A DNA stretch of 64,000 bases from a candidate division WOR-3 bacterium (GTDB lineage Bacteria > Hydrothermota > Hydrothermia > Hydrothermales > JAJRUZ01). The translations under genes were made by a program, and so were the position numbers. The notes under the pieces are model-generated. The model was given only the letters and a program-made list of their open reading frames with translations, made no database searches and was not told the origin of the DNA. How positions within the stretch are numbered: the first letter of the stretch is position 1; each line of letters begins with the position of its first letter. Positions 16,828 to 28,789 of the stretch are shown one piece after another. The stretch is from the NCBI GenBank assembly GCA_024277525.1, contig JAJRUZ010000087.1, positions 4,530 through 68,529 of the forward strand, read 5' to 3'.

Positions 16828-17606
16828 AAAGGATTAACCTGGATTGAACCGTTTCCTATTTTGAAGGAATTTCTGATAGCTTCTTCTGTAAATTTTTTTG
16901 CCCTTTCAATTGCCTTAAGGGGCGGAATTCCCTTGGCAAGATTTGCAACAATACTTGCCGAAAAAACACAACCCGCCCCGTGATATTTCATATTTTTACC
17001 TATCCTTTCGGTCTCAAAATGAGCAAAATCTTTTCCGTTATACACCACATCGATTGCTTTTTCACCGAAATGTCCACCTTTTATAACTACATATTTAGGT
17101 CCCATTTCATGAATAATTTTGGCAGATCTTTCAGCATCTTTTATTGAATTTATTTTCATTTTTGAAAAACTTTCGGCTTCCCAACGATTCGGGGTTACAA
17201 TAAGTGCTTCGGGAAAGAGACTTTTAATTAAAAGTTCAACCGCCTCTTCAAGAAGCAGTCTGTCACCAGAACCCGCAAATATTACTGGATCTAAACAAAA
17301 ATTCTTTAATCTATGTTCCTTAATTTTCATGGAAACTACATCAATTATATCCATTGAATAAAGCATACCCGTTTTAAAAGCCTTTATGTCAAAATCCTCA
17401 CATACCATATCAATCTGATCAGCAACAATTTCTTTTTTTATTCCCTGAATTGACTTAACACCTTTAGTATTTTGAGAAGTAACCGCGGTTATAACAGAAA
17501 CTCCGAATGTTTTATGTACTGCAAATGTTTTTAAATCAGCCTGTATGCCGGCACCTCCTCCGCTATCACTTCCCGCAATTGTTAAAACACAGGGTAAATT
17601 ACTCAA
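16812..17606 (-). CDS. thiD: hydroxymethylpyrimidine/phosphomethylpyrimidine kinase
   Basis: [21 protein letters not shown]-terminal ThiD signature, 264 aa. Confidence 0.9.
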   Translation of the reverse strand: MSNLPCVLTIAGSDSGGGAGIQADLKTFAVHKTFGVSVITAVTSQNTKGVKSIQGIKKEIVADQIDMVCEDFDIKAFKTGMLYSMDIIDVVSMKIKEHRLKNFCLDPVIFAGSGDRLLLEEAVELLIKSLFPEALIVTPNRWEAESFSKMKINSIKDAERSAKIIHEMGPKYVVIKGGHFGEKAIDVVYNGKDFAHFETERIGKNMKYHGAGCVFSASIVANLAKGIPPLKAIERAKKFTEEAIRNSFKIGNGSIQVNPLWIIK

Positions 17607-18210
17607 ATTTTATTTCTCTTTCCTCTGTTATTATCCCTTTGTATAAAAAAGAAATTTGTCTTAAAGCAATGTAAAAGTCAAATTCATTGATTGCAGAAAT
17701 TGCATCCTTAGGAATATATATTTTATATCCGTAAAGTGCTGCCGAACCTGCTGTATGAAGAACACATATGTTTGCAACCGTTCCTGCAATAACAAGATTT
17801 TTGATTCCATTTATTCTTAATAGATGGTCAAGAGGTGTACCGAAAAATCCGTCATACCTCAATTTCTTAATTATATATTCACCCTTTTGAGGCTTTAACT
17901 CTTCTATAATCTCAGCACCCCATGTATTCTTAATGGCATGCTTTCCCCAAATCGGAAACTCAATATCATTCTCTTCGTGCCAGTCCTGAGTAAAAAATAT
18001 TTTCACATTTTTTTCTCTTGCTTTTTCAAGTAATCTCTTAATTGCGGGAACGGTCTTTTCCGCATCAGGGACACACAACGCTCCTTCTTTTTTAACAAAA
18101 TCATTCTGCATGTCAATAATCAGAAGCGCGGTTTCTTGCGTCGGAAGTCTAACATCTTTTTTTATTTCAATCTCGGGTAAAGAAAAAACTTTTTCTTCCA
18201 TGTTGTGCAT
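17599..18210 (-). CDS. isochorismatase-family cysteine hydrolase (nicotinamidase-like)
   Basis: [11 protein letters not shown].., conserved Cys in ..[10 protein letters not shown].., 203 aa. Confidence 0.8.
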   Translation of the reverse strand: MHNMEEKVFSLPEIEIKKDVRLPTQETALLIIDMQNDFVKKEGALCVPDAEKTVPAIKRLLEKAREKNVKIFFTQDWHEENDIEFPIWGKHAIKNTWGAEIIEELKPQKGEYIIKKLRYDGFFGTPLDHLLRINGIKNLVIAGTVANICVLHTAGSAALYGYKIYIPKDAISAINEFDFYIALRQISFLYKGIITEEREIKFE

Positions 18211-18237
18211 AATGATTCAGGGGATTGAACCTGAGTT

Positions 18238-19911
18238 TTAATCCTTTCTCTGTAATTTTTCAAGCAACATTTTTAATTTCTTCGCCCTCTTAGGGTGTCT
18301 TAATTTTCTGAGTGCCTGTGCCTCAATCTGTCTTATTCTCTCCCTTGTAACACCGAAAATCCTTCCCACCTGTTCAAGAGTCATAGGAGGGTGATTTCCG
18401 AGACCGAATCTCAACCTTATAACTTTCTGCTCTCTTTTTGAGAGTGTTGATAAAATTTCATTGAGCTTTTCCCTTACTATTGCTTCCCTTGCAAGTTCTG
18501 CAGGTGATTTTGTAAATTGATCTGCTATTATTTCTTCCATAACACCGTCCTCATCCCTTCCTATGGGTTTATCAATTGAGAGGGGCTGATGAGATACCTC
18601 AAGTGCCTGTTTTACTTTTTCTTCCGGCAATCCCACAATGTCAGCAAGTTCCCTTACAGTAGGCTCTCTTCCGTATGTCTGTAAGAAATCTTTCTGTGCC
18701 TTGGAAATTTTGGTTAATGTTTCTATCATATGGACAGGAACCCTCACGGTCCTTGAATTGTCTGCAATTGCTCTGGTAATTGCCTGTCTTATCCACCATG
18801 TAGCATATGTTGAGAATTTGTAACCTTTACGATAATCAAATTTTTCAACTGCTTTTAAAAGTCCGATATTACCCTCCTCAATAAGGTCAAGAAACTCAAT
18901 ACCCCTGTTCATAAACTTCTTTGCGGTTCCTATTACAAGCCTAACATTACCCTCAACCATTTTTTCCCTTGCAATATTATATGCCTTTTTTGCTTCATCT
19001 ATTTCTTCTCTTATCTTTACAAGCTCCTCAAAAGGAAGCCCTAAACGCTCCTCATATTCCTTTAAAGAATATTTGATTGCTTTTATTGTTTCATTTATCT
19101 CATCAAGATAATTCTTCTTTCCATTATCCTTTGAAATCTTTTTCCTTTCTTCTTTTAATCTCTCAAGCTCTTTACTCATATTCTCCATCGTCTTGATTTC
19201 TTCATGTAATCTATCCACATTTTCCTGAACATAAGAAAATTTCGGCACAATTTTCTTGAATAATCTGTCCAGTTTCTTTCTTTCCTCCTCATTAAGTGTT
19301 TTTATACTCTTACCCTGTTTTTCAAACACATCCTCATAAAAATTCAAAAATTCATTAATTCCTCTTGCAACCCTCTTTTTTTCTTTCCTGTTTACCTCTT
19401 TATTTGTCCAATAACTTGAATCAACCTCGAGCACCTCCTCGGGCTGCAGTTCCTGTTCCTGAATTTTCCTTAAGAAAAATATAAACCTTTTTATTCCGAA
19501 ATCGGTCCTGAATAAAATCTCCTTCATTTTTTCTTTTGAATCAAAAATCGTCTTTGCAAGTGCAACCTCTTCCTCCTTTGTCAGTAATCTCAAATTTGAT
19601 ATCTGTTTTAAATATGTTTTAACCGGGTCATCCTTTACCTTTATTTCGGGTTCCTCTATTTCTTTTTCCTTCTTCTTATCCTCTCCTTCCACAATTTCTA
19701 TACCTTCCGCAAAAAGTGCCTCCATAACCTCATCAACAACATTAGGAGGCAAATTCATCGTTAAATCATTTAAATCCTCGGTTTTAATTTGCTTGTTTTT
19801 CTTAGCCTTCGCCATAACCCTTTCAATTACACTCTGAACAATCATCTGCTCTATTTCCTTATCGGTCATTTCTGAGATTTTTTTTGAAGGCTTCGTTTTC
19901 TTCTTTCCCAT
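18238..19911 (-). CDS. rpoD: RNA polymerase sigma-70 factor RpoD
   Basis: Regions 2-4 (..[27 protein letters not shown]..), 557 aa, located downstream of dnaG. Confidence 0.95.
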   Translation of the reverse strand: MGKKKTKPSKKISEMTDKEIEQMIVQSVIERVMAKAKKNKQIKTEDLNDLTMNLPPNVVDEVMEALFAEGIEIVEGEDKKKEKEIEEPEIKVKDDPVKTYLKQISNLRLLTKEEEVALAKTIFDSKEKMKEILFRTDFGIKRFIFFLRKIQEQELQPEEVLEVDSSYWTNKEVNRKEKKRVARGINEFLNFYEDVFEKQGKSIKTLNEEERKKLDRLFKKIVPKFSYVQENVDRLHEEIKTMENMSKELERLKEERKKISKDNGKKNYLDEINETIKAIKYSLKEYEERLGLPFEELVKIREEIDEAKKAYNIAREKMVEGNVRLVIGTAKKFMNRGIEFLDLIEEGNIGLLKAVEKFDYRKGYKFSTYATWWIRQAITRAIADNSRTVRVPVHMIETLTKISKAQKDFLQTYGREPTVRELADIVGLPEEKVKQALEVSHQPLSIDKPIGRDEDGVMEEIIADQFTKSPAELAREAIVREKLNEILSTLSKREQKVIRLRFGLGNHPPMTLEQVGRIFGVTRERIRQIEAQALRKLRHPKRAKKLKMLLEKLQRKD

Positions 19912-19926
19912 GAACCTACCTCCTTT

Positions 19927-21585
19927 TTAAGAGAAATTTTCCCTCTGTATGGGAATTGAACCCTGTTTATTTTTCATCTCTCTCCATTTTTCCAAAATCT
20001 CTTCTTCCCTTAGAATCTGGCTCATCTTATCCTCCAGATATTTAAAGGCACTTAAAGGAGGGCTATCCTTTTCATCTTTAAATTCAACATTTTTAAATTT
20101 TTCTTTTGCCTTAAATATCGCTTCCATCAATTTTCTTCTTTCCTTATCCGGAAGTTCAAACAGAATTTCCTCAAAAATTTCTCCTTTAAGAATCCTTTTT
20201 GTTATGTTCCTTAGAAGAGTATCTTTGAAAACTCTTTCATCTATTTTCCTTTTTTCAAACTCCTCCTTTTTAAAATAATTAAAAGCAACAATTGTTCCGA
20301 AAACCGAATAATCCGGAATAAAGTCCCCTGTTTCAATTTTTGAATCCTGAATTGTGGGCTTTACACGGGATTTTATATATTCCGAGGAAATCAAAAATAT
20401 TTTTGATAATTTTTTGATAAAAAGTTCCCTTTCAATTTCCGAAGGCACACAGGATATGAAATTTGTAAGTTCACTCAAAAGCAAACTCTGTGCATAAGGA
20501 TCATCAGGCAATTTTTCAGGCAAAAATGCATCAATAAAATCTTTTGAATTGTTTAAAATTTCTTCCATTTTTTCTTTTTCATTCTTTTTCAAAAAGGATT
20601 CGGGGTCTTCATTTTCCGGAAGCATACCTATTTTCACTTTTAAATCCGCTTTTAAAAGAAAAGGTAATGCCCGCTTCATACCTCTTTTTCCGGCATCATC
20701 ACCATCAAATAACACTATAATATTACCAGCAAATCTTCTGATTATCAATGCCTGGTCGGTTGAAAAAGCAGTTCCCAGGGGTGCAACGGTATTTTCAAAA
20801 CCGCTTTCAACCATCCTCAAAACATCTGTATAACCCTCAACCAGAATCAGTGTCCCTTTCCTTCTTGCCTCATTCTTTGCTATATTTAAGCCGAACAAAT
20901 TCTTACTTTTTTTAAAAATCTTTGTCTCAGGAGAATTCAAATATTTCGGCTCACCTTCAAAAGCCCTGCCTCCAAAAGCAACGCATTTTCCCGAAACCGA
21001 ATAAATCGGAAAAATGAGTCTGTCTCTGAAAAAATCCCTTAATGTCCCTGATGTGCCTGTAATAAGTCCTGCTTCAAGCAAAAGGGAAGGATTGATTCCC
21101 TTCTCTCTTGCTTTTTTAATTATAAAATCACCATCCGGAGGGGCATAACCTATTTTAAATCTTCTTATTGTATGTAATTTAAAATTCTTTTCATTTAAAA
21201 AATTCCTTGCCTTTTCTCCCATAGACTCAAATAAAATCTTGTGATATTCATTTAAAGCAAACTCCATTATATCATAAATTTTCTCATCTTCCCTTTTTTC
21301 TTTTTTTTCTTTAATTTCAATCCCTGCTATATTGCATAATTCTTTCAATGCCTCTGAACTTGAAATACCTTCAATCTCCGCAATAAGATGAATCAAATTA
21401 CCGGACTTACCGCACCCGAAACAATAAAAGAGCCCCCTCTCGGGGTCAAAGGATAAAGAAGGCTTTGTATCCGCATGAAAAGGGCAAACCGCCATATAAT
21501 TCCTTCCGCTTTTTCTTAAATTCAAATATCTTTGAGCCACCTCAAGGGGTGATATATTTGTTATTATTTCATCATATAAGTTCAT
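19927..21585 (-). CDS. dnaG: DNA primase
   Basis: CPFHADTKPSLSF...CFGCGKSGN zinc-binding motif, TOPRIM region (..EGYTDV.., ..DGDDAG..). Confidence 0.93.
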   Translation of the reverse strand: MNLYDEIITNISPLEVAQRYLNLRKSGRNYMAVCPFHADTKPSLSFDPERGLFYCFGCGKSGNLIHLIAEIEGISSSEALKELCNIAGIEIKEKKEKREDEKIYDIMEFALNEYHKILFESMGEKARNFLNEKNFKLHTIRRFKIGYAPPDGDFIIKKAREKGINPSLLLEAGLITGTSGTLRDFFRDRLIFPIYSVSGKCVAFGGRAFEGEPKYLNSPETKIFKKSKNLFGLNIAKNEARRKGTLILVEGYTDVLRMVESGFENTVAPLGTAFSTDQALIIRRFAGNIIVLFDGDDAGKRGMKRALPFLLKADLKVKIGMLPENEDPESFLKKNEKEKMEEILNNSKDFIDAFLPEKLPDDPYAQSLLLSELTNFISCVPSEIERELFIKKLSKIFLISSEYIKSRVKPTIQDSKIETGDFIPDYSVFGTIVAFNYFKKEEFEKRKIDERVFKDTLLRNITKRILKGEIFEEILFELPDKERRKLMEAIFKAKEKFKNVEFKDEKDSPPLSAFKYLEDKMSQILREEEILEKWREMKNKQGSIPIQRENFS

Positions 21586-23756
21586 ATTTTTTTAAATTTT
21601 ATCACCGTAACTCCGTCACCTCCTTCATTCCATGGAGGATGATAAAAATCCTCCACAAACTCTATATTTTTAATAACATCAAAAACTAATTTTTTCAAGA
21701 CCCCTTTCCCCTCGCCGTGAACAACTCTCACCTCATTATATCCTGCTGCTCTTGCATCATATAAAAATCTTATAATAAGTTCCTCCGCATCATCTTTTTT
21801 CATTCCTCTTATTGACAAAACCCTGGAAGGCAAAGGAAGTGAATACGATTTTATCTCTATTTCCTTTTCTTCACTTTCCTTCACTTCCCTTAAATATGAT
21901 AAAGGAACCTCCATTTTTTTACCCTTAACCTCAAGTACTGCTTTCTCTCCTTTCATTCCGATTAATTTTCCGACAGCTCCGGTTCCCAAAATTCCGTATG
22001 TTCTTCCCACCACAGGTGCCTGTTTCAACCTCACTTCCTCAATTTCTTTTTCCCTTTTTTCTTCAATTTTTTTCCTTATTTCCTTCAAAATTTTCCTTTT
22101 TTTCTCTTTTTCAAACTTTTTGATCAAATTTCTTATTTCTTCTTCAAATTTCTCAATTTTTTCTTTTAATTTTTTCTTATATTCCTTTTCAATTTCTTCT
22201 TTTTCTTTTCTCAACTTTTCCTTTTCTTTCTTAATTTCAATTTTTTCCCTTTCGATTTCCTTTTTAAGACTGTATATTTTCTCCATTATCTTTGCTGATT
22301 CGGGTAACTTTTCAAATACAGAAGGGGGCAATCCGCATTTTTTGGCTACAAGTATTGCATAACTGGGTGACATTTTCATTAACTCAAGTCTATAAGTGGG
22401 TTTCATTTTTTTTATATCCATTGTAAATGCGGAAACCAGAAAACCTTTTTCATTTTTGAGAAAAGATTTTATTTTATCATTATGTGTTGCACAAATTGTC
22501 TTTATTTTCCTGTCCCTGAATTCTTTTAAAATTGCAACTCCTAAGTCCCCTCCCTCTTCCGGATCCGTATTTCCCATGAACTCATCCAAAAGTACAAGTT
22601 TTCTCTCAATTCTGTTTTCAAGTGCTTTTTTTATCTCTTCAAGATATAAGGTAAAACTCGAAAAACCTTCTTCTATTTTACTTCTTTCCTCAAACCCTGC
22701 CCTGAAAATCACCCGTGGTATGTAAAAATAACTATCAGAAGATGCGGGAACGGGTATTGATAGTTTTATCATTTTTATCAAAAGATAAATTGCTTCAAGA
22801 AAACTTGTTTTACCTCCTCCATTGGGACCTGTAACAAGGAGAACGGAATTTTCTTTGTCAAAAAGTATATTATAGGGTACACATTTTCTATTCAATTTGA
22901 TTTTCAAAACAGGGTGATATGCATTTTTTAAGTATATTTTTTCCTCATATCCGAATTCGGGAATTTCTCCGCAGATCTCTCTTGTGAAGTTAAATAAAGC
23001 TCCGTAATAATCAAGTTTGGCTATACAATAAACCATTTGGTATATTTCATTCTTTAAAGACACAAACTCATTGTAAATCTTATTTATTATTCTTCTCTCC
23101 TCTTCTCTTTCCCTTTCTTCAAGGTGTCTGAATTTTGTATTAAGATTTACAATTTCTTCGGGTTCAACAAAATAACTTTCGCCCGACCTTGAGTAAGACA
23201 CCAAAATTGCATTTTTGGGGAGTGTTTTTAAACATAAGGTAAATCTGCCTTCCCGGTAATATATTTCCTCATCCCTTAAAATTCCTTCTTTTAGATAGTT
23301 TTGCATAGGTAGTTTTATATTTTTTTCTATTTCTTTATATGTGTATCTCTTCTTTTCTCTTATTTCTTTAAGTTCGGGAGAAGCTTCATCTTTTATATTC
23401 CCTTCATCGTCAAAAGTATTTTCTAATTTCTGATAAAAAGAAGTTATTTCTTCTTCTATTTCCAGGAATTCTTCCGAATTCTCTCCGATTTCTTTTATTT
23501 CTCTCTCAAGCCTCAAGACATCCCTTATGTAATCTCTTAAGAAAAGAAAATATTTTACAGCGGATTTCCCGATTTCAAACTCTTTAAAAGAGGGCAATAA
23601 AAGGGTCTTTTTTCTGAATATTTTTTCATATTTTTTATATTCTTCGTATCTATCTTTTATTAAATTTATATCATCCGTTTCCTTCAAAGAATAGAGATAT
23701 TCCTTCCCTTCTTGTGTGAGGGTATATTTTGAGATAGAGTCTAAGATTCTGTTCAA
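21582..23756 (-). CDS. mutS2: endonuclease MutS2 (MutS domain plus C-terminal Smr)
   Basis: Walker A LLVTGPNGGGKTSFLEAI, long K/E-rich coiled coil, C-terminal Smr (..VRVVHGEGKGVLKKLV..). 724 aa. Confidence 0.9.
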   Translation of the reverse strand: MNRILDSISKYTLTQEGKEYLYSLKETDDINLIKDRYEEYKKYEKIFRKKTLLLPSFKEFEIGKSAVKYFLFLRDYIRDVLRLEREIKEIGENSEEFLEIEEEITSFYQKLENTFDDEGNIKDEASPELKEIREKKRYTYKEIEKNIKLPMQNYLKEGILRDEEIYYREGRFTLCLKTLPKNAILVSYSRSGESYFVEPEEIVNLNTKFRHLEEREREEERRIINKIYNEFVSLKNEIYQMVYCIAKLDYYGALFNFTREICGEIPEFGYEEKIYLKNAYHPVLKIKLNRKCVPYNILFDKENSVLLVTGPNGGGKTSFLEAIYLLIKMIKLSIPVPASSDSYFYIPRVIFRAGFEERSKIEEGFSSFTLYLEEIKKALENRIERKLVLLDEFMGNTDPEEGGDLGVAILKEFRDRKIKTICATHNDKIKSFLKNEKGFLVSAFTMDIKKMKPTYRLELMKMSPSYAILVAKKCGLPPSVFEKLPESAKIMEKIYSLKKEIEREKIEIKKEKEKLRKEKEEIEKEYKKKLKEKIEKFEEEIRNLIKKFEKEKKRKILKEIRKKIEEKREKEIEEVRLKQAPVVGRTYGILGTGAVGKLIGMKGEKAVLEVKGKKMEVPLSYLREVKESEEKEIEIKSYSLPLPSRVLSIRGMKKDDAEELIIRFLYDARAAGYNEVRVVHGEGKGVLKKLVFDVIKNIEFVEDFYHPPWNEGGDGVTVIKFKKI

Positions 23757-23760
23757 AAAT

Positions 23761-23970
23761 TTATTTCTTAATTTTTTCCTGAAGTTGTCTTAACTTTCTT
23801 AACAGTCTCCTTCTTGCTGCTGCCATTTCCTTTTTTCTCCTTTCCGAAGGCTTCTCATAATGCTCAAGTCTTTTAAGTTCTTCCAAAACCCTATCCCTGT
23901 TTAAAATTTTTTTAAATCTTTTAAGCATCTCTTCAAAGCTTTCTCCTTCTCTCAGTTTAACTCCTGTCAT
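23761..23970 (-). CDS. rpsU: 30S ribosomal protein S21
   Basis: 69 aa, ..GESFEEMLKRFKK.. and an Arg/Lys-rich C-terminus. Confidence 0.9.
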   Translation of the reverse strand: MTGVKLREGESFEEMLKRFKKILNRDRVLEELKRLEHYEKPSERRKKEMAAARRRLLRKLRQLQEKIKK

Positions 23971-24009
23971 ATGTCAACCTCCTTTTGTTTTAAAGGGAAT
24001 AGAACCCTT

Positions 24010-24348
24010 TTATCCCGGGGGCCATTTCATAATCCTTCCCCCGAGCAAATGAAAATGCATATGAAAAACCGCCTGTCCTGCTTCTCCGCCATCATTCAAA
24101 ACAATTCTGTATCCTTTTTCAAGACCTCTTTCAAGGGCAATTTTGCTTGCAACTTTTAAAATATGACCCAAAAGTTCCTTATCATCTTCTTCCGCATCCC
24201 TCAATGCCGGTATGTGTCTCTTAGGAACAACAAGGATATGACAGGGTGCCTGTGGATTTATGTCTTCAAAAGCAACACATTTTTCATCCTCATACACAAT
24301 CTTGGATTCAACTTCTTTGTTTATTATTTTACAAAAAATACATTCCAT
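24010..24348 (-). CDS. HIT-family (Hint-like) nucleotide hydrolase
   Basis: Histidine triad HMHFHLLGG, 112 aa. Confidence 0.9.
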   Translation of the reverse strand: MECIFCKIINKEVESKIVYEDEKCVAFEDINPQAPCHILVVPKRHIPALRDAEEDDKELLGHILKVASKIALERGLEKGYRIVLNDGGEAGQAVFHMHFHLLGGRIMKWPPG

Positions 24349-24350
24349 TT

Positions 24351-25070
24351 TTAAACCTCCTGGTTAAGGTATAAAAAAATTGCACCCGCAAATAAAAGAG
24401 CAGTTTCTGTTCTCAATGTTCTGACTCCGAGATTCCATTCTATAAACTCCTCTCTTTTTAAAAATTGAATTTCATCGTTTGTGAATGAGCCTTCCGGTCC
24501 TGCAACTATTACCGCTTTCCTTATGTTTTTATTTTTGATAAAAGGTCTCTCTTTTGACTTTTCATTAAGAAGGATTTTAACATCATAATCACGGATTTTA
24601 TCACAAAATTCTCTTAAATTCATAGGATTTTCAATTTTCGGTAAGATACTCCTTCTTGACTGTTTCATTGAGGAAATTGCAATTTTTCTCCATCTGGATA
24701 ATTTTGTGGGACCGGGATCGGGTATTGTTCTCTGTGTTAATAAAGGAAAGAAGGTATTCACTCCGAGTTCCGTTCCTTTCTCTATCAACATTTCCATCCT
24801 TTCTCCCTTTAATACACCGCATGCGAGTGCCAAATCAAAAGGAACTTCGTTCGGTTTTCTTCTTTTTTCCACAATCTCACCTTCTGCAAATCCGTCGCCT
24901 GTTTTGGTAAGCACAACTGTGTACTCGTCTCCTTCACCGTTAACAACCCTTACAATATCCCCTTTTGTCTTTCTTATCACCTTTGACAGATGCAAATATT
25001 CCTGCCCCAAAATATAGACCTTATTTCCTCTTATATCCTGCTTAGGAACATAAAAATATCTTATATCCAT
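24351..25070 (-). CDS. rsmE: 16S rRNA (uracil1498-N3)-methyltransferase
   Basis: 239 aa with RsmE PUA-like N-terminus and SPOUT C-terminus (..AIVAGPEGSFTNDEI..), sitting next to dnaJ. Confidence 0.85.
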   Translation of the reverse strand: MDIRYFYVPKQDIRGNKVYILGQEYLHLSKVIRKTKGDIVRVVNGEGDEYTVVLTKTGDGFAEGEIVEKRRKPNEVPFDLALACGVLKGERMEMLIEKGTELGVNTFFPLLTQRTIPDPGPTKLSRWRKIAISSMKQSRRSILPKIENPMNLREFCDKIRDYDVKILLNEKSKERPFIKNKNIRKAVIVAGPEGSFTNDEIQFLKREEFIEWNLGVRTLRTETALLFAGAIFLYLNQEV

Positions 25071-26210
25071 TTATTTCTTTAACCTCAAAAGTTCTTGGAG
25101 CAGTTTTTTTTCTTCTTTACTTATCTTATCCAGAATTTCCACATCAATTTCTACATAAAGATCTCCTTTAATCCCGTTCAGACTCCTCAAACCCTGACCT
25201 TTTATTCTGAAAATTTGCCCTGTTTTTGTAAAAGGGGGTATTTTGAGTTTTACTTTTCCGTTAAGTGTATCCACCTGAACCTCTCCTCCCAGGACCAAAA
25301 CAGGATAAGGAACAAATATTTTTCTTTTCAAATTATTTCCCTGTCTTTCAAATATTTTATCCTTTATTTCTTCAATATAAACGATAAGGTCACCGTATTC
25401 ACCGCCTCTTATTCCTGCATTACCCATTCCTTTTAACCTCAAAGTATTACCTTCCTCTACACCGTGTGGAATATTAATTTTTATTTTTTCTTCCTTTAAA
25501 ACCCTACCCGTTCCTTTACAGAGTGTGCAAAGGTTTTTAATTACTTTACCCGCTCCCCTGCATGTGGGACAGGTTGTCTGAGTCACGAAATAACCGAAAA
25601 AAGTCCTTTTCTCCTTTTTTACAAAACCTGCTCCATTGCATTCCGGACATGTATTAAAACCGCCGGTTTTTGAACCCGTGCCTTTGCATTCTTTACATTT
25701 TATATATCTCTTAACTTTAATTGTTTTGGTTGTTCCGTCATTGATTTCCCTCAGAGTTAAAGGTATTCTGACCCTGAGATCTTCACCGGGCATAGAAGTG
25801 AAATATTCCTTTTCCCTTTCATATCTCCTTTCCCTCCTTCCCCCGAATAAAAGATCAAAGAAAGAACCGCCGAATCCGAATTCTTCAAAAATTCTGCCTA
25901 TGTCTCCGAATATGTCCTGTAAATCCTCAAAATGTGAAAAGTCTCTCCATGTAAAATCACCTTCCCTGAATACACCCGCTCCCTTTAATCCCTCATGACC
26001 GTATCTATCATATATTTCCCTTTTCTTTGGGTCACTCAATACCTCATATGCTTCGGAGATTTCCATAAATTTTTTTGCTGCTTCTTCTTTATTTTCCGGA
26101 TTTCTATCAGGATGATATTTTAATGCTAACTTCTTATATGCCTTCTTAATCTCTTCCTGTGTAGCATTTCTCGGAACTCCTAATATTTCATAATAATCCT
26201 TTTTAGTCAT
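25071..26210 (-). CDS. dnaJ: chaperone DnaJ
   Basis: J-domain (DYYEILGV...YHPDRN), G/F region, four CxxCxGxG zinc-finger repeats. Confidence 0.95.
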   Translation of the reverse strand: MTKKDYYEILGVPRNATQEEIKKAYKKLALKYHPDRNPENKEEAAKKFMEISEAYEVLSDPKKREIYDRYGHEGLKGAGVFREGDFTWRDFSHFEDLQDIFGDIGRIFEEFGFGGSFFDLLFGGRRERRYEREKEYFTSMPGEDLRVRIPLTLREINDGTTKTIKVKRYIKCKECKGTGSKTGGFNTCPECNGAGFVKKEKRTFFGYFVTQTTCPTCRGAGKVIKNLCTLCKGTGRVLKEEKIKINIPHGVEEGNTLRLKGMGNAGIRGGEYGDLIVYIEEIKDKIFERQGNNLKRKIFVPYPVLVLGGEVQVDTLNGKVKLKIPPFTKTGQIFRIKGQGLRSLNGIKGDLYVEIDVEILDKISKEEKKLLQELLRLKK

Positions 26211-26253
26211 CCCCTTTTCTGGATTCCGATTTTCCTCCTTTCAATTTTATCAT

Positions 26254-28188
26254 TTATTCAACTACCTCATAATCCGCATCCACTGCTTTTCCTTTATCAT
26301 CTCCTTTTTCCTCTTTTTCCTCCTTCTTTTCTTCAGAACCTACCCCTGCTCCTCCTTCCCTGCCTGTAAATCCGGAGGTATATTCCGTCCCGACCCTTCC
26401 TCTTTGATAGATTTCCTCGGTTGCTTTATACCATGCATCCTGAAGCTCTTTCATCTTATCTTTTATATAGCCTGCATCATCCTTACCCAGTGCCTCTTTA
26501 AGTGCGTTAAGTTTTTCCTCCACAATTTCCCTTTTATCGGAGGGAATTTTTTCACCCAAATCCCTCATGGATTTCTCAACCGTATAAATAAAGGAATCAG
26601 CCTGATTCTTTACATCAATAAGTTCCCTTCTCTTTCTATCTTCCTCTGCATGTGCTTCCGCCTCTTTTATCATCTTTTGAATTTCATCTTCTGTTAAACC
26701 TGACGAAGAATGAACCCTTATCTTTTGTTCCTTTCCCGTAGCCATGTCTTTTGCAGAAACATGCAGAATTCCGTCAGCATCGATTTCAAAAGTAACTTCA
26801 ATTTGAGGAACACCCCTTGGGGCGGGAGGTATTCCGTAAAGTTCGAATTTTGCTAAGGACCTGTTATCTTTTGCCAATGGTCTCTCACCCTGAAGAACAT
26901 GAATTGTAACCGCAGTCTGATTATCCTGTGCTGTTGTAAATATTTCGGATTTTCTTACCGGAATCGTGGTATTTCTCGGGATTATGACTGTCATTACACC
27001 GCCTAAGGTCTCAACTCCCAGGGAAAGAGGGGTGACATCAAGCAGGACAATATCTCTTTTGATTTCTCCTGCAAGAACACCCGCCTGAATTGCTGCTCCC
27101 ATTGCAACAACTTCGTCAGGATTTACACCTTTATGCGGTTCCCTTCCGAAAAAGCTTTTCACAGCCTCCTGAACAGCAGGCATTCTTGTCATTCCTCCGA
27201 CCAAGATAACTTCATTTATATCAGAGGGTGTTAATTTAGCATCCTCAAGAGCCTTTTTACATATTTCTATTGTTCTATCAATCAGATCCTTTGTCATTGC
27301 TTCAAATCTTGCCCTTGTAAGTTCTTTTTCAAGATGTTTGGGTCCGGAAATGAAGGGTAAGGAAATGGTTGTGGACATCATGGTGGAAAGTTCTATTTTT
27401 GCCTTCTCGGCTGCCTCCTTAAGTCGTTGCATAGCGGATCTGTCTTTTCTTAAATCAATTCCTTCCTCCCTCATAAATTCCTCAACAAGCCAATCAATTA
27501 TTCTCTGATCAAAATCATCTCCTCCCAGATGGGTGTCACCGTTTGTTGATTTAACTTCGAAAACACCTTCCTCCGATAACTCCAAGATTGAAATATCGAA
27601 TGTTCCTCCTCCGAGATCATAAACCGCAACCCTTATATCTTTTTTCTTATCAAGTCCGTAGGCAAGAGCTGCGGCAGTAGGCTCATTGATTATTCTCAGA
27701 ACCTCAAGTCCTGCAATCCTTCCCGCATCTTTTGTTGCCTGTCTCTGTGCATCGTTAAAATATGCAGGAACAGTAATGACCGCCTGTGTTATCTTTTCTC
27801 CGAGATATTCCTCCGCACATTCTTTCAAATATCTCAGAATCATTGCAGAAATTTCGGGAGGTGAATAAACTTTTTCCCTTATTTTAACCCTTGCATCATC
27901 ATGGGGACCCCTCACAACTTCATAAGGTACTCTCTTTATCTCTTCTAAAACTTCCTCATATCTTCTTCCCATAAATCTTTTAATTGAATAGACCGTGTTC
28001 TCTGCATTAACGATTGCTTGTCTCTTTGCAATATTTCCTACGATAATTTCTCCGCTTTCCTTGAAACCGACCACCGAAGGAGTGACCCTTCCCCCTTCTT
28101 TATTAGGGATAACTTTGGGTTCATTTCCTTCAAGCACAGCAATACATGAGTTTGTTGTTCCGAGATCAATTCCGACAGCCTTTGCCAT
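26254..28188 (-). CDS. dnaK: chaperone DnaK (Hsp70)
   Basis: Hsp70 signatures [16 protein letters not shown] and [11 protein letters not shown]. 644 aa. Confidence 0.97.
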   Translation of the reverse strand: MAKAVGIDLGTTNSCIAVLEGNEPKVIPNKEGGRVTPSVVGFKESGEIIVGNIAKRQAIVNAENTVYSIKRFMGRRYEEVLEEIKRVPYEVVRGPHDDARVKIREKVYSPPEISAMILRYLKECAEEYLGEKITQAVITVPAYFNDAQRQATKDAGRIAGLEVLRIINEPTAAALAYGLDKKKDIRVAVYDLGGGTFDISILELSEEGVFEVKSTNGDTHLGGDDFDQRIIDWLVEEFMREEGIDLRKDRSAMQRLKEAAEKAKIELSTMMSTTISLPFISGPKHLEKELTRARFEAMTKDLIDRTIEICKKALEDAKLTPSDINEVILVGGMTRMPAVQEAVKSFFGREPHKGVNPDEVVAMGAAIQAGVLAGEIKRDIVLLDVTPLSLGVETLGGVMTVIIPRNTTIPVRKSEIFTTAQDNQTAVTIHVLQGERPLAKDNRSLAKFELYGIPPAPRGVPQIEVTFEIDADGILHVSAKDMATGKEQKIRVHSSSGLTEDEIQKMIKEAEAHAEEDRKRRELIDVKNQADSFIYTVEKSMRDLGEKIPSDKREIVEEKLNALKEALGKDDAGYIKDKMKELQDAWYKATEEIYQRGRVGTEYTSGFTGREGGAGVGSEEKKEEKEEKGDDKGKAVDADYEVVE

Positions 28189-28189
28189 T

Positions 28190-28738
28190 TTAACCTTCCT
28201 CCTCCGAAGTTTCGGGACTTGAACCCTGTTTTTTCTCTTCTTTTTTCAATTTTCCGACTATTACTTTTGAGGGTAAGACTGTTTTACCTTTAAATTTAAA
28301 TCCTCTTTGAACTCTTTTCAGAACTTTTCCTTCAAGATTTTTATCATTCACAATTTCAATATCAACTGCTTCATGAATTTCAGGGTCAAAATCGTCTCCC
28401 TTTTCAGGACTTATTATCTCACCTCCTTCTTCATTAAAAAGCCCCACAAATTGCTTGTAAATCATTTCAACTCCCTTTTTAAGCTCCTCTGAATCTCCTT
28501 TATTTTCATTGATTACCTCAATTGCCCTTCCCATATTATCAATTACCGTAAAAAATTTTTCCATCAATTCTTTTTTACCTTTTTCTTTTGCCTCTTTAAT
28601 CTCGGTTTCCGCTCTTTTTTTAAATTTATTAAAATCCGCAATTGCTCTCATATATAAATTTCTCATCTCTTCGGCTTCTTTATAATTTGCAATCAATTCT
28701 TCTTTAATTCGGTTAAGCCACATTTTTTTATTTTCCAT
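28190..28738 (-). CDS. grpE: nucleotide exchange factor GrpE
   Basis: 182 aa, coiled-coil N-terminus, located immediately upstream of dnaK. Confidence 0.88.
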   Translation of the reverse strand: MENKKMWLNRIKEELIANYKEAEEMRNLYMRAIADFNKFKKRAETEIKEAKEKGKKELMEKFFTVIDNMGRAIEVINENKGDSEELKKGVEMIYKQFVGLFNEEGGEIISPEKGDDFDPEIHEAVDIEIVNDKNLEGKVLKRVQRGFKFKGKTVLPSKVIVGKLKKEEKKQGSSPETSEEEG

Positions 28739-28789
28739 AATAAAAATTCCTATAATTTAATACAATCCGATATGATTTTTTTCAAGTTC

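Noticed and set aside
22080-22300. Highly repetitive T/C-rich DNA (minus-strand K/E-rich codons) inside mutS2; similar tracts at 60060-60150
   Set aside because: These encode lysine/glutamate coiled-coil or linker segments (KEKEK...). They are not tandem DNA repeats of mobile or CRISPR origin, and no spacer-repeat periodicity is present.
28739-28789. Looked for a CIRCE/HrcA operator (TTAGCACTC-N9-GAGTGCTAA) upstream of grpE-dnaK-dnaJ
   Set aside because: No CIRCE-like inverted repeat is present in the grpE upstream gap, and no hrcA gene is adjacent. Heat-shock control may be elsewhere or by another mechanism.
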